64,000 nt of DNA, taken from Phycisphaerales bacterium (GTDB lineage Bacteria > Planctomycetota > Phycisphaerae > Phycisphaerales > UBA1924). The stretch lies in contig JAVTWO010000081.1 in the NCBI GenBank assembly GCA_032229765.1, positions 1 to 64,000 of the forward strand, in the 5' to 3' direction. Position 1 is the stretch's first letter; each line of letters starts with the position of its first letter. Below the pieces are notes generated by a model, which ran no database searches, was not told where the DNA came from, and saw only the letters and a program-made list of their open reading frames with translations. Shown piece by piece: positions 39,171 through 49,900 of the stretch. Made by a program: the position numbers and the translations under genes.

Positions 39171-40922
39171 TCACTGAATGAACCGCAGCCGCCCGAAGTC
39201 CGGCACCCACCACGTCGTACCGTCCCCCGCCGTCGAGGGGAAGTACACAAAGAACGCCTTGCCCAGCAACAAACTCCCCGGCACCACGCCCTCCTGGTGC
39301 GCAACATCCATCCCCTCGCGCAGCATGAGCTTCGACACCCACGCCTCAGGCAGGCCCCAGTACCGCCCGTCCAGCGACGCGGGGCTGTTGTCGCCCATGC
39401 AGAAGTACTGATCCGCCTTCAAGGTCAGCGTGCGATAAGGCAGCGTCCCCAGCCCCTGCGTGCTGGGTCCGCTCAGCCTCGTCTGCAGCGACGAAGATTG
39501 ATAGTGCACGTCGCGATCAAGCCCCAGCCGCGTGATCACCGTCGCCTGCCCCACGCTCAACTCAACCTCCGGCGGCTGAAAAAGCATCTTGTCCCTCAGC
39601 GGGTGATCCACAACCTTGTTCTCCGCGAGGATCGTCGAAAGGCTCTTGCCCGTCGCGAAGGCCACGCGCTGCTCGGGGTCCCAGTCGTAGCAACCCTCGC
39701 TGAGCCCATGGGTGACGAGCTTGCCATCGACCCACAGCTCCAGCCGCTGATCGCAATGCCAGAACTCAACTGCCGAGGGCTTGGTCGTGCTCAGCGTGCA
39801 CACGCCCTCAGCCAGCGTTGTCCACGCCGTTTCTTTCCCGCCGCTGCGTTTCGGATCGAGCCTCATCTGCACCGAAGCGCGTGAGCCTTCGATCAGCCCG
39901 CGAAACTCATGCCCGCGGGCGCGGATGAGCAGTTGAACCTTTGCCGAGTCCGGGTTGCCCGTGGGCTTCACACCCGCGCGCACGCGCAGATCGCTGACGA
40001 AGAAATCCTGTCGAGCGAAGCCCGTGTTCCATCGTTCGTTGTACGGGTACCAATCCACCAGCGCCCGCGTCAGCAGCCCCACTTGCGAGCCGTCCATCCA
40101 GGTGGCGCTGGTGTCGTACCGCAGAACTCCACCACCGGGCGCGTCGGTCTTGAAGACCCCGCGTGCGTCGCTGCTCCACCCGTCACCGACCCAAGGCTGC
40201 TTAAACCCACGCCCGCCCGGTCCCGCCGAGCCCGCGTCCGCGGGCGTGTAGTGCGTGTCGTAGACCGTCTGCCAGAGCTCTTTCTGCACGCGCTCGCTTT
40301 TGCGTTGAATCTTCCAAGAGCCGCTGGACCACTCTTGCCCGGGCGCGCTGGGCTGCGCCGGGCGCGCGTAAACATCACCATCGACCACCGCGATCTGCTC
40401 GCCCGGCAAGCCGATCAACCGCTTGATGTAGTTCACCGACGGGTCGGTGGGGTTCTTGAAGACCACCACGTCGAACCGCTCCGGGTCCTGAATGCCGTAC
40501 AGATACTTCAGCACGAGAATGCGATCACCCGCGCGACGACGCACCGCCGCGTACGTCAGCGTCTGCCCCGTCATCGGGTCGTGCACCACGATCGGACTGC
40601 CCGGCCTTCCCTGCACCGCAGAGGGAAAGTTCTCCGTCGTCCGCATCCCCCCGCTCGCCAGATCATCAAAGTGCCAGGGTGTGACGGCCCAGTTGTACCC
40701 CGTCTGAGGCGACTGCATCCGCATGTGCGCCCCGTGCAGCGTCGGCCCCATCGACCCCGTCGGAATCACGTACGCCTCGACCACAAACGCTCGAAAGATG
40801 AACGCCATCACAAAGGCGATGATCACGCTGATCACCGTTTCCTTCGCGGATTCCTTGTGCGCCGAACCTTGAACGCTCGACCGCTCGCCGCCAACTGCTG
40901 AAGAAGCTGATTCGGTGGTCAT
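39171..40922 (-). CDS. lepB: signal peptidase I (S26) with large inserted domain
   Basis: TM helix followed by the catalytic Ser box ([10 protein letters not shown]), the Lys box ([11 protein letters not shown]), and a C-terminal [18 protein letters not shown] ~350-aa insertion lies between the boxes. Confidence 0.75.
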   Translation of the reverse strand: MTTESASSAVGGERSSVQGSAHKESAKETVISVIIAFVMAFIFRAFVVEAYVIPTGSMGPTLHGAHMRMQSPQTGYNWAVTPWHFDDLASGGMRTTENFPSAVQGRPGSPIVVHDPMTGQTLTYAAVRRRAGDRILVLKYLYGIQDPERFDVVVFKNPTDPSVNYIKRLIGLPGEQIAVVDGDVYARPAQPSAPGQEWSSGSWKIQRKSERVQKELWQTVYDTHYTPADAGSAGPGGRGFKQPWVGDGWSSDARGVFKTDAPGGGVLRYDTSATWMDGSQVGLLTRALVDWYPYNERWNTGFARQDFFVSDLRVRAGVKPTGNPDSAKVQLLIRARGHEFRGLIEGSRASVQMRLDPKRSGGKETAWTTLAEGVCTLSTTKPSAVEFWHCDQRLELWVDGKLVTHGLSEGCYDWDPEQRVAFATGKSLSTILAENKVVDHPLRDKMLFQPPEVELSVGQATVITRLGLDRDVHYQSSSLQTRLSGPSTQGLGTLPYRTLTLKADQYFCMGDNSPASLDGRYWGLPEAWVSKLMLREGMDVAHQEGVVPGSLLLGKAFFVYFPSTAGDGTTWWVPDFGRLRFIQ

Positions 40923-40993
40923 CGTCTCCGACTGTATCCCGCGTACCGCCACGCTCGGGGTACCGCCACGCTCCGCGTGGCGACCAAACAACC

Positions 40994-42436
40994 TCAGTTA
41001 CCCGCACCCGTCGGCGGAGCTTCACCCTCCGCCCGCGGCTGCCTGAACTCGCTCGGCGGCACCAACTTGCTCGCTCGCCGCCGATCCCGCTCGTTCACAT
41101 CCTCTCGCCGCGGCGGTTGCCCACCACCAGCCCCACCACCGGGCCCACGCCCACCACCACCACCCGGACCACCGGGCCCGCCACCACCACGTCCATCTCG
41201 CCCATCTCGCCCGCCACGTCCACCGCCGCCCGGACCACCAGGCCCGCCGGGCCCGCCCGGTCCGCGGCCATCACGCCTCGGTCCCTGACCACCACCACCG
41301 CCACCGCCACCCATTGGTCCACCGCCACCACCACTCGGCCCGCTCGGTCCAGCGGCACCCTCAGGCCCGGCCGCATCATCCGGGCCGTCGTCATCATCAC
41401 CACCGCCACCACCACCCGCACCACCGCCGCCGCCGGGTTTGCCGCCCTTGCCGGGCATTTCGACTTTCGTCAGCGACTCGACCGGGTACGCCGCGTCTTC
41501 GCCCGTCGCGTCCATCCGCACCAGCACGAGCTGCGTGAGAATCTGCGTATCGATCACAATCCCCGGCCCGTCCGGCGTCATCACCGGCACCTTCTTCCGC
41601 GGCAGGTTCTTCTTCAACTCGTCGTACGTGTTCTCTTCGTACCGCAAGCAGCACATCAGCCGCCCGCACCGCCCGCTGATCTTCAGCGGATCGAGCGTCG
41701 CCTTCTGGATCTTCGCCTGCTTCATGCTCACCGGCTTGAGCACCTTCAAAAACTGCCGACAGCAGCAGTGCTGCCCGCACTTTTCGTAATCCGCCGTGAG
41801 CCGCGCCTCATCGCGGGCGCCGATTTGCCGAAGCTCGATGCGGTTGTGGTAGATCGCCGCCAGTTCCATCACTACCGGGCGGAAGTCGACGCGTTCCTCG
41901 CCGTAGAAGTAGAACGTCAGCCGCTCACCACCCAGCAGCGGCTCGACCTCCACCATCTTCATCTTGTCCTGCAACCCCACGCGCGTGACGATCTCGCGCG
42001 CCTTGCGGACCATCTCGGACTTCTGCGCATCGAGCGCAGCCTGCTGGTTCAGGTCCTCAACCGTCGCGATCCGCAGGACCTTTCCCTCGGTAAAGAACGG
42101 ATAATCCCGCCCGCCGGAGTTCTCCACATACTGCAGCATCTGCTTCCGCGTGACGGCATGCCCGCACCCGCCGTTCGGGCAGGTGCTCGTGAGCATCTCC
42201 GCCAGTTCCGTCCCGCGGTGCGTGCGGACGACGATCTTCGACCCGCACCCGGGCTTGGCGCTGCCGTCGTAGGGGTACTCACCGATCAGCCGCATGACCC
42301 CGAAGCGCACCACCATGCTCGTGGGGGCCTTCAGCGCCTCGTACGCCTTGCGGTCCGCTTCAAGATCCGCCTCAAACTGGGGGAGTGGGATGATCGGCAT
42401 CGCCCAGACAATAGCCGATCTCGCCGATCCGTTCAC
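40994..42436 (-). CDS. PSP1 C-terminal domain protein (RicT/YaaT-like) with Gly/Pro-rich C-terminal tail
   Basis: Conserved [11 protein letters not shown] and CCCRQFLK cysteine motifs of the PSP1/RicT family. The C-terminal ~150 aa are GGPGGPGG low-complexity. Confidence 0.65.
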   Translation of the reverse strand: MNGSARSAIVWAMPIIPLPQFEADLEADRKAYEALKAPTSMVVRFGVMRLIGEYPYDGSAKPGCGSKIVVRTHRGTELAEMLTSTCPNGGCGHAVTRKQMLQYVENSGGRDYPFFTEGKVLRIATVEDLNQQAALDAQKSEMVRKAREIVTRVGLQDKMKMVEVEPLLGGERLTFYFYGEERVDFRPVVMELAAIYHNRIELRQIGARDEARLTADYEKCGQHCCCRQFLKVLKPVSMKQAKIQKATLDPLKISGRCGRLMCCLRYEENTYDELKKNLPRKKVPVMTPDGPGIVIDTQILTQLVLVRMDATGEDAAYPVESLTKVEMPGKGGKPGGGGGAGGGGGGDDDDGPDDAAGPEGAAGPSGPSGGGGGPMGGGGGGGGQGPRRDGRGPGGPGGPGGPGGGGRGGRDGRDGRGGGGPGGPGGGGGRGPGGGAGGGQPPRREDVNERDRRRASKLVPPSEFRQPRAEGEAPPTGAGN

Positions 42437-42448
42437 ACCCCCGACCCA

Positions 42449-43414
42449 TCAACTCCCCCAGCCCTGGTACGGGTTCGCCGCCGCGGGCGGATTCAGCAGC
42501 ACCACCCCAAGCACCGCCAACGCACAGAAAAGCGCGACCAACGCCGACCGAATGATCACGCCCCGCAGCCCGGGCATCCCTGCGCGCGCGGTTGCGTCCT
42601 TCCCCGCTAACCACGAAGCCACCAGCAATCCCACCGGAGCGAGCAAAAGCACCGATGCCTGCCCCGGAGTAGTGACGCCGTAGCGGGTCCCTTGATCGAC
42701 CAACCCGGTGACGAGCATCGCGCCGACGCCACCAACCCCCGCAATGCTGAACCCGGGCCGCAGCAACGCCACCGCCAGCCCCGCCCCAGCCACGGCCGCC
42801 AAAGGCCCCGCCGACTGACCCAGCACCGCGTTGCCGGTCAGTAGTAACGTCAGCGAAACACTCGTATACGCGAAGATCAACGCCAAAGGCCCCTCAATCC
42901 AGCGTGTTCGACGCGAAATCGACTCCAAAGCCCACCACCACACCAGCCCACTCCCGACCATCAACCCAACCATCCCCCACTGATCCGGTTCGGGGAGTGC
43001 GAAGGCTCGCGAGCCGGTCATGGAGCACCACACCACCATCGCGATGACCGCCAGCCGGGCGAGGGTCGAAATCACCGCCCCGCGCCAGTACGTCAGCACC
43101 GGGAAAAACCCGCCAATCAGGCTGACAAAAGCGCCCGCCAGGGCAAAGACGGGCAGCCAGTTCTCCGCCGCCACGATCGACCAGCCCGTCTGGGGCTTAT
43201 AGAAGTTCCAAGCAAGTGCCGCCAGGCAACCGAGCGCACAGGCGACACCCGTGAAAGCTCTGAAACGCCCCGGCGTGCTCTCCCCGGGCTTTGACCAGTC
43301 GAGCGCCTGGGTACTTTTGGCGTGTGATCGCCACAGCGGCACCAGCACCACCAGCGCCACGATCAGGGGCAACACCGCGGCTTGAACGATCGGCAGAAGC
43401 AAGGCGAAGTTCAT
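42449..43414 (-). CDS. hypothetical polytopic membrane protein
   Basis: ~9 predicted TM helices. The start is set at MNFALLLP. Confidence 0.4.
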   Translation of the reverse strand: MNFALLLPIVQAAVLPLIVALVVLVPLWRSHAKSTQALDWSKPGESTPGRFRAFTGVACALGCLAALAWNFYKPQTGWSIVAAENWLPVFALAGAFVSLIGGFFPVLTYWRGAVISTLARLAVIAMVVWCSMTGSRAFALPEPDQWGMVGLMVGSGLVWWWALESISRRTRWIEGPLALIFAYTSVSLTLLLTGNAVLGQSAGPLAAVAGAGLAVALLRPGFSIAGVGGVGAMLVTGLVDQGTRYGVTTPGQASVLLLAPVGLLVASWLAGKDATARAGMPGLRGVIIRSALVALFCALAVLGVVLLNPPAAANPYQGWGS

Positions 43415-43559
43415 CTGAAGATCTCCGTCAGTCCACAGCGCGTATCGGGAAAGTTCGATCCCGCACCGCTTCAACCCAAGACTAAACGAATCCGATCCCC
43501 GAAGGTTCGGTGGCTGCACCTGCGGGCATCGCGGTTTGTTCGTGTACACTCGTTGGCGC

Positions 43560-44537
43560 ATGTCGGTCGGTCCTCACGCCAACCCGAGCAGTTTTTCACC
43601 CGGCGCGGGCGGTTCACCCGCACGCAAGCCCATCATTTCCGTCAAGGGGCTCGTCAAAGAGTTCGACGCACGCCCGGTCCTCGACGGGATCGACCTGGAC
43701 GTCTATTCGGGGGAGACCCTCGTAATCATGGGCGGCTCGGGCTGCGGCAAGTCCACGCTCCTGCGCTGCCTCATCGGTTCGCTCATCCCCGAACGCGGCA
43801 CCGTCGAGATGTTCGGCTCCGACATTTCCAAGCTCGACGAACAGCGGATGGACGAGGTCCGCAAACGATTCGGTATTCTCTTCCAGTCCGGGGCGCTGTA
43901 CAACTCGATGACCATCGCGCAGAACGTCGCCCTGCCTTTGGAAGAACACACCGACCTCGGGCGTGAGATCATCGACATCCAGGTGAAGATGAAGCTCGAG
44001 CTGGTGGGGCTTCGTGAGCACGCGGAAAAGTTCCCCGCGCAGATCTCCGGCGGCATGAAGAAGCGTGCCGGTCTTGCCCGCGCGATGGCCCTGGACCCCG
44101 CGATCCTGTTCTATGACGAGCCCAGCGCCGGGCTTGATCCGGTGACCAGCGCCGAGATCGATCGGCTGATTGTGCGGATGAGCAAGGGCCTGGGGGTCAC
44201 GTCGATCGTCGTGACGCACGAGATGGACAGCGCCTTCACCATCGCCGACCGGATGGTGATGCTCGACAAGGGACGCGTGCTGAAGATCGGCGAGCGGGCG
44301 TGGTTTGACGCGCTGCGGTCGATGCCCGAGGAGCAGGCGAAGCAGCTCGACGAGCAGAGCCGACTGATTCGTCAGTTTCTGCGGGGGGATGCGGACGGGC
44401 CGATCACGGAGCGGAAGGCGGTGACGAACTACGCCGACGACTTGATGGGGACGATCGCGGCGCAGCTTGCCCCGCCTATGCCCAGCGTGGAGTCGACGCG
44501 TCGGTTCTTCCTTCGGCGCAAGAACCGCCCGGAGTGA
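43560..44537 (+). CDS. ABC transporter ATP-binding protein (MlaF-like)
   Basis: Walker A GGSGCGKST, ABC signature ISGGMKKRAGLARA, Walker B ILFYDEPSAGLD. Confidence 0.8.
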   Translation: MSVGPHANPSSFSPGAGGSPARKPIISVKGLVKEFDARPVLDGIDLDVYSGETLVIMGGSGCGKSTLLRCLIGSLIPERGTVEMFGSDISKLDEQRMDEVRKRFGILFQSGALYNSMTIAQNVALPLEEHTDLGREIIDIQVKMKLELVGLREHAEKFPAQISGGMKKRAGLARAMALDPAILFYDEPSAGLDPVTSAEIDRLIVRMSKGLGVTSIVVTHEMDSAFTIADRMVMLDKGRVLKIGERAWFDALRSMPEEQAKQLDEQSRLIRQFLRGDADGPITERKAVTNYADDLMGTIAAQLAPPMPSVESTRRFFLRRKNRPE

Positions 44538-44694
44538 GTGCGCGTGTCACCGGATGTGGATCGATCGGGTGTTGGTTGGTGAGGCGGAGATGATCGCGGC
44601 GTTGTATGATGCCGCGCCCGCGGGTGAGTGTGCGGATCGGTGTGCGCACCGGCGCGGGCGAGAACTGATCGGAAGCAAGCAGGCGGCGAGAACC

Positions 44695-46014
44695 ATGGCG
44701 AGCCGAGGCGGTCGGAACAACGTCATCGCGGGAGTCTTTGTGTTGCTGGCCCTCGCGGCGGGCGTAGTGGTCACGCTCGTGCTGGCGGGGGTGCGCGAGG
44801 GGATCACTTCGCGCAGCAGCTACACGATCCGTTTCGGGCTCAGCGACGGGGCCGAGGGGCTGGATGTGGGGTCGGTGGTGAAGGTCGGCGGGCGGAAGGC
44901 GGGCAAGGTCAGCGGGCTGAACTTCTATCGAACCCCGGGGACCGAGGTCATCGCGGGCGTCGACGTGGTGGTGGCCATCGATAAGGACGTGACGCTCTAC
45001 AAGAACGCGAGAATCTACCTGCAACTCCCGCTGCTGGGGAGCCAGTCACAGATCAACATCCCCTTCGCGGGCGACCCCGCCCTGCTGAAACTCAAAGACG
45101 GCGAGACCGGCATGGTCTCACCCGGCTCGCTGCTCGATGGACGCTTGGCGCCCCCGGCGTTCCTGGCGCAGGCGGGCTATGGCGAGGAACAGTCCGACCA
45201 GCTCCGACTGATCCTCAAGCGCGGGGCCGACATCGCGGATCGGCTGGCGATCATCGCGGAAAAGACCGACAAGCAGCTCGACACCGCCCTGCCCGCGGTG
45301 GCGCAGGCGATGGTCGACGTTCGCGCAATGACCGCGGACTTCCGCACCGCCACGGGCAAGTGGCTGCCCATCGTCGAGACAACGCTCTCGAACCTCAGCC
45401 AAGCCTCCGGCGGCGTGGGGACGGGGATCGAAGAAGCACGCAAGATCATCCAAGGCGTGCAGAGCATCGTCACCACCGCCTCGCCCCGGGTTGAATCGAT
45501 CCTGCGGAATATCGACGAGCTGACCGTCAAGGCGAACACGCGGCTCTACGACCGCATCGAACAGACCGTTGGTGCCGGGCAGAAGGCCCTCGACGAGTTC
45601 GCCCGCGTGGGGAGCAAGTTCAGCGCCCTGACCGACGAGCTCACCCCCGAGCTGCGCCTGACGATGGGCAACGCACGCCTGGCGAGCGATCAGCTCAAAC
45701 TCGCGCTGATCGAAGTCCGCCGGAACCCGTGGCGGCTGCTCTATCAGCCAGGCAAGAAGGAGTTCGCGGAAGAGGTCCTCTTCGACTCGGCCCGCGCGTA
45801 CGCACAGGCGGTGAGCAACCTCCGCGCCGCGTCGGCTTCATTGGAGCAGGTGATCAACGCGGCGAAGGTCAACGGCACACCGGCCGACGCGACCCAGCTT
45901 GCCGACATCCAGGCACGGATCCAGAAGGCCTTCAGCGATTACCGCAAGGCGGAGACGAAGTTCCTCGACCGGTTGATCAACGACGGCACCGACGAAGCCC
46001 CGAAGAACCCCTGA
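44695..46014 (+). CDS. MlaD/Mce-domain protein with long coiled-coil C-terminus
   Basis: N-terminal TM helix, an Mce domain (RFGLSDGAEGLDVGSVVKVGGRKAGKV), and an extended helical tail. The start is set at MASRGG. Confidence 0.75.
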   Translation: MASRGGRNNVIAGVFVLLALAAGVVVTLVLAGVREGITSRSSYTIRFGLSDGAEGLDVGSVVKVGGRKAGKVSGLNFYRTPGTEVIAGVDVVVAIDKDVTLYKNARIYLQLPLLGSQSQINIPFAGDPALLKLKDGETGMVSPGSLLDGRLAPPAFLAQAGYGEEQSDQLRLILKRGADIADRLAIIAEKTDKQLDTALPAVAQAMVDVRAMTADFRTATGKWLPIVETTLSNLSQASGGVGTGIEEARKIIQGVQSIVTTASPRVESILRNIDELTVKANTRLYDRIEQTVGAGQKALDEFARVGSKFSALTDELTPELRLTMGNARLASDQLKLALIEVRRNPWRLLYQPGKKEFAEEVLFDSARAYAQAVSNLRAASASLEQVINAAKVNGTPADATQLADIQARIQKAFSDYRKAETKFLDRLINDGTDEAPKNP

Positions 46015-46019
46015 AAAGG

Positions 46020-46048
46020 CTCAGAGCCGTCGGCTTCAGCCGACGGTG
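46020..46048. terminator. REP-like hairpin (CAGAGCCGTCGGC-TTCA-GCCGACGG)
   Basis: Identical to 15203-15232. It lies directly after the MlaD-like stop. Confidence 0.5.
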
Positions 46049-46104
46049 GTTTGACTCTGGGGTTCGACTCTGTATACCGACGAATGAAACGCGAAGACCA
46101 AGGC

Positions 46105-46136
46105 GCCCTCGACTGAAGTCGAGGGCTCTGATTGGT
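46105..46136. terminator. REP-like hairpin (GCCCTCGAC-TGAA-GTCGAGGGC + TCTGATTGG), inverted-orientation variant
   Basis: 9-bp stem. Near-identical to 2717-2746 with compensatory base-pair changes. Confidence 0.5.
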
Positions 46137-46155
46137 TCGTCTGCGTTCAAGCTGG

Positions 46156-47172
46156 TCAGACGACCGGGTTGCTGGCGGGGAGGCCTTGGGCGAGGCGTGA
46201 GGCGTTGTCGATGACCATCTCGGTCATGAGCCAGCGCCAGCGTCGCTCGGCCGAGCCGATGTGCGGGGTCATGACCACGTTCTCCAGCGTCAGCAGCCCC
46301 TCGTGCACTTTGGGTTCAAGCTCGAAGACATCGAGCCCCGCGCCGAAGAGATGCCCCTCGCGGAGGACTTTCACCAAGGCCGACTCTTCGACCACGGGGC
46401 CGCGGGCGGTGTTGATGAGGATGGCCTGGGGCTTCATGAGCCGAAGGCGACGCTCGTCGATGAGGTGCTTGGTCTGGCTTGTCAGCGGCGTGTGCAGGCT
46501 CACCACATCGGCGCGGCGCAGGCCCTCGTCAAGTTCCACACGCTCAGCACACAGCGGCGCAAGCTCGAAGTCGATATGGCGATTGCGGGCGGCGTAGATG
46601 ACGCGCATCCCCAGCGCCAGGCAGCGCTGCGCCACGGCTTTACCGATGCGCCCGGCACCGACGATGAGGAGCGTGCGCCCGGCGAGGTCCATCCCCAGCC
46701 AACCGCCCGGGAAGCCGTTGCCCTCGCGTTCGAATCGGCCGGCACGGACGAAGCGGTCGCCCTCGCTGATTCGGCGTGCGACGCTGAGCAACAGGCCCAG
46801 CGCGATGTTCGCGGTGCCTTCGGTGACGGCGTCGGGGGTGTTGCTTACACCGATGCCGCGGGATGCGCAGAGCGCCAGATCGATGTTGTCAACACCCACC
46901 GCGAAGTTGCACACGCCCCGGAGCGAAGGACCGGCGGCATCAAGAAACTCCGCGTCGACGCGGTCGTCGAACATCGTCACGACGCTCGATGCGCCGCGGA
47001 TGAAGCGGAGGACCTCTTCGCGCGGGCGTTTGCCCTCGCCCGGGATGACTTCGATGCGAAGGCCTTCGGGAGATGCGGGAGATGAACCCGTGGGCGTGGG
47101 GACACGCCGGGTGATGGCGATGCGGAGGCCCGTGGCGGCGGTGGACGATGTGGAGGCGGAGGGTTGATTCAC
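46156..47172 (-). CDS. D-isomer-specific 2-hydroxyacid dehydrogenase (glyoxylate/hydroxypyruvate reductase-like)
   Basis: NAD-binding GAGRIGKAVA and the catalytic region R...E...H (TARGPVV...TPHIGSA). The start is uncertain: either a probable GTG at 47172 or the upstream ATG at 47340. Confidence 0.75.
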   Translation of the reverse strand: MNQPSASTSSTAATGLRIAITRRVPTPTGSSPASPEGLRIEVIPGEGKRPREEVLRFIRGASSVVTMFDDRVDAEFLDAAGPSLRGVCNFAVGVDNIDLALCASRGIGVSNTPDAVTEGTANIALGLLLSVARRISEGDRFVRAGRFEREGNGFPGGWLGMDLAGRTLLIVGAGRIGKAVAQRCLALGMRVIYAARNRHIDFELAPLCAERVELDEGLRRADVVSLHTPLTSQTKHLIDERRLRLMKPQAILINTARGPVVEESALVKVLREGHLFGAGLDVFELEPKVHEGLLTLENVVMTPHIGSAERRWRWLMTEMVIDNASRLAQGLPASNPVV

Positions 47173-47362
47173 GGGTCGTTGCTCCGAAAGACTGGGGCAC
47201 GGGTCGAGTTTGCTTGAGTGTCGGGTCAGAACGTTCGCGGGCCGCAAGGGCCCGAGAACGCCCAAACCGGGGCGGTTTCTGAGGGCGATTCGCGTGTGAA
47301 GCGTAGCGGAAGGATCCGCGGATGTGCCTTGGGCGTACACTCGCGGTAGACTGGACGGTCAC

Positions 47363-48808
47363 ATGGCCCAGGCGAAACAGGACGAGATCTCGGGCGAAGT
47401 GCATAAAGCCGGCGCTCAGCGGGCTTTCGATATCGCTTCTTCGAGTGACGAGGCGAAGCGTTCGCGGCTGGTGATCCTGCGCATCCTGCGGATGGGGTTC
47501 ATCTCGCTGCTGATGACCGTGACGCTGCTGTTCATCCTGCGCGGCGACAGCAACCCGGGCGAGGCCGGCACGTTGTCGGTGAAGATCTGGTGGTACATCC
47601 CGCTGACGCTCGCGCTCGTGCTGGCGTTCGTCGCGATCCTCCTTGATGAGTACGGCCCGCGCAAGATCGGCACGCTCTCGGCCCTCTTCTTCGGGCTGCT
47701 CGCGGGGCTCATCGCTACGTACGCGCTGTCGTTCGTGGTTGATCTGCTGGCGCAGACGTACGACCTGAACACGAAGGTTAACGCCGAGGCGCAGCAGATG
47801 CTCTTCGCGGTGAAGGTCATCCTGGGGATGTGCTTCTGCTATCTGGGCGTGGCGACGGTGCTGCGCACGCAGGACGACTTCCGCCTGGTGATCCCGTACG
47901 TCGAGTTTGCCAAGCAGGTGCGCGGGCCCAAGCCCATGATTCTGGACAGCTCGGTGCTGATCGACGGGCGGATTGTCGAGCTTTCGCAGACCGGGTTTGT
48001 GGTTGTGCCGCTGGTCATCCCGCGGTTCGTGCTGGCGGAGCTTCAGTCGCTGGCGGATTCGTCGAACCGCTCGGTGCGGACGCGCGGTCGGCGCGGGCTC
48101 GATGTGGTCTCGCGTCTGCAGCGTCTGCGCAGCGTTGACGTGCTCATCAACGACACCCACGTGGAAAGCACGCTCGTCGATCAGCAACTCGTCGAGCTCG
48201 CCAAAGCCCTGCAGGCGACGATCCTCACCACCGACAGCGCCCTGAACTCCGTCGCCGAGATCCACGGCGTATCCGTCCTCGATCTCACCACGCTCGCCGC
48301 GAGCGTTCGACCGGCTGTGGTCCCCGGCGCTCGCTTCGACGTCTCACTGGTGAAGATCGGCGAGCAGCCCCACCAGGGCGTGGGGTACCTCGACGACGGC
48401 ACCATGGTCGTGGTCGATCAGGCCTCGTCGATGGTTGGCCAATCGGTGCAGGTCGAGGTCGCCAGCACGCTGCAAACCTCCGCGGGTCGGTTGGTCTTCG
48501 CACGACTGTCCACAGCGATGGCCGAGGGCGACAAAGCTGGCTCATCGGAGCGCTCCGCCAGCGAGCCGGGCACAACCGAGGGCGCGGCCGCAGGTAACGA
48601 TGCGGACCCAGCCGCGAGTTCGATGAGTTTGATTGAATCAAACGCCGCAGGCCAGATCGACGATTCCGCGTCGAGCACTGATTCGTCAAGCTCGGGCGAG
48701 TCGTCGCTGTCACCCACGACGGTGAAGCCGCCGGGCCCGCCCAAGCCCTCGCCCTTCCCGCCCGTGCGTGGGCAGCGGAGCCCGAACCGCAACCCGCGCC
48801 GGTATTGA
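47363..48808 (+). CDS. PIN/TRAM-domain membrane protein (YacL-like) with Ser/Asp-rich and Pro-rich C-terminus
   Basis: N-terminal TM helices, a PIN domain (MILDSSVLIDGRI...VIPRFVLAELQ), and a TRAM domain (GEQPHQGVGYLDDGTMVVVD...VQVEV). Confidence 0.7.
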   Translation: MAQAKQDEISGEVHKAGAQRAFDIASSSDEAKRSRLVILRILRMGFISLLMTVTLLFILRGDSNPGEAGTLSVKIWWYIPLTLALVLAFVAILLDEYGPRKIGTLSALFFGLLAGLIATYALSFVVDLLAQTYDLNTKVNAEAQQMLFAVKVILGMCFCYLGVATVLRTQDDFRLVIPYVEFAKQVRGPKPMILDSSVLIDGRIVELSQTGFVVVPLVIPRFVLAELQSLADSSNRSVRTRGRRGLDVVSRLQRLRSVDVLINDTHVESTLVDQQLVELAKALQATILTTDSALNSVAEIHGVSVLDLTTLAASVRPAVVPGARFDVSLVKIGEQPHQGVGYLDDGTMVVVDQASSMVGQSVQVEVASTLQTSAGRLVFARLSTAMAEGDKAGSSERSASEPGTTEGAAAGNDADPAASSMSLIESNAAGQIDDSASSTDSSSSGESSLSPTTVKPPGPPKPSPFPPVRGQRSPNRNPRRY

Positions 48809-48893
48809 CGGCTCACTCGCCCCGCTTCGCGTAACCGCACGTCGCACGATCGCCAACAACCGCCGTTCCCTTCGACGCTCAAGAATCCTTCGT

Positions 48894-49871
48894 ATGCCCA
48901 GGTACATGCTGCTCATCGCCTACGAAGGCACGGGGTTCTGCGGCTGGCAACGACAGGAGCCGCCCGACGCGCACGCGAAGGACCAGCCGCCCACGCCCGG
49001 CGCGATGCCGTATAAACACACCACGCCGATGATCGAATCGCGCCGCGACGGGCGCGTGGCCTTGCGCACGGTGCAGGGCGTGGTGGAGCGTGCGGTCAGC
49101 GACGTGGTGCGCCACGAGGTCGAGGTCATGGGCGCGAGCCGAACAGACTCGGGCGTCCACGCGCGCGGGCAGGTGGCGGCCTTCACGTGCCACCCGCTGG
49201 ATGAAAACCCCACGGGGCGAGAGTCGCCCACGCTGCTCGCGGCCGACAAGCCTTTGCAACCCGGCGCGGGCTGGCCTGTTTCGCGGGGAGTTGATCGGCT
49301 CACGATGGCGATCAACTCACGCCTGCCGGCGGACGTGCTCGTCCGCAGCGCCCAGCGCGTGCGTCCCGAGTTCGATCCCATCTCCGACGTGATCAGCAAG
49401 GCGTACTCGTACACCTTCCACCTCTCGCGCTCGCGCCCGCTTTTCGACCGCGCCACCGTCACGCACATCTGGCGTGATTCGCCGATCGATCTCGACGCGA
49501 TGCACGCCGCCGCGGGATTGCTCGTGGGCGAGCACGACTTCGCCTCCTTCGCCGCCACCGGGCACGGGCGGCTGAGCACCGTCCGCACGGTCCACCGCTG
49601 CACCGTGACGCGCCTGCCCGTCAGCGAAGCAACCGACGCGAACGCCGCTCGCATCCGCATCGATATCGCCGGCTCGGGCTTTCTCTGGAACATGGTCCGC
49701 ATCATCGCCGGCACGCTGCTGCAGGTCGGGCTCAATCAGCGCACCGCCGACGACGTCCGCACAATCTTGCTGAGCAAAGACCGCACAAAAGCAGGCCCAA
49801 CCGCCGGCCCTGAGGGACTGTGCCTGGAGTCCATCACGTACCGCGATGGGGCGCTCGACGAACCTTCGTAA
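48894..49871 (+). CDS. truA: tRNA pseudouridine(38-40) synthase TruA
   Basis: YEGTGFCGWQRQ, the catalytic Asp in GASRTDSGVHARGQV, and a C-terminal FLWNMVR. Confidence 0.9.
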   Translation: MPRYMLLIAYEGTGFCGWQRQEPPDAHAKDQPPTPGAMPYKHTTPMIESRRDGRVALRTVQGVVERAVSDVVRHEVEVMGASRTDSGVHARGQVAAFTCHPLDENPTGRESPTLLAADKPLQPGAGWPVSRGVDRLTMAINSRLPADVLVRSAQRVRPEFDPISDVISKAYSYTFHLSRSRPLFDRATVTHIWRDSPIDLDAMHAAAGLLVGEHDFASFAATGHGRLSTVRTVHRCTVTRLPVSEATDANAARIRIDIAGSGFLWNMVRIIAGTLLQVGLNQRTADDVRTILLSKDRTKAGPTAGPEGLCLESITYRDGALDEPS

Positions 49872-49900
49872 ATAGCTCCGATTTCTTCCTGTTGTAGCCG

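Noticed and set aside
41095-41460. Repetitive GGCCCGCC/CCACCACC DNA that could be mistaken for a CRISPR or tandem element
   Set aside because: It lies inside the PSP1-like ORF and encodes its Gly/Pro-rich low-complexity tail. The periodicity is codon-based (multiples of 3) and there are no spacer/repeat alternations.
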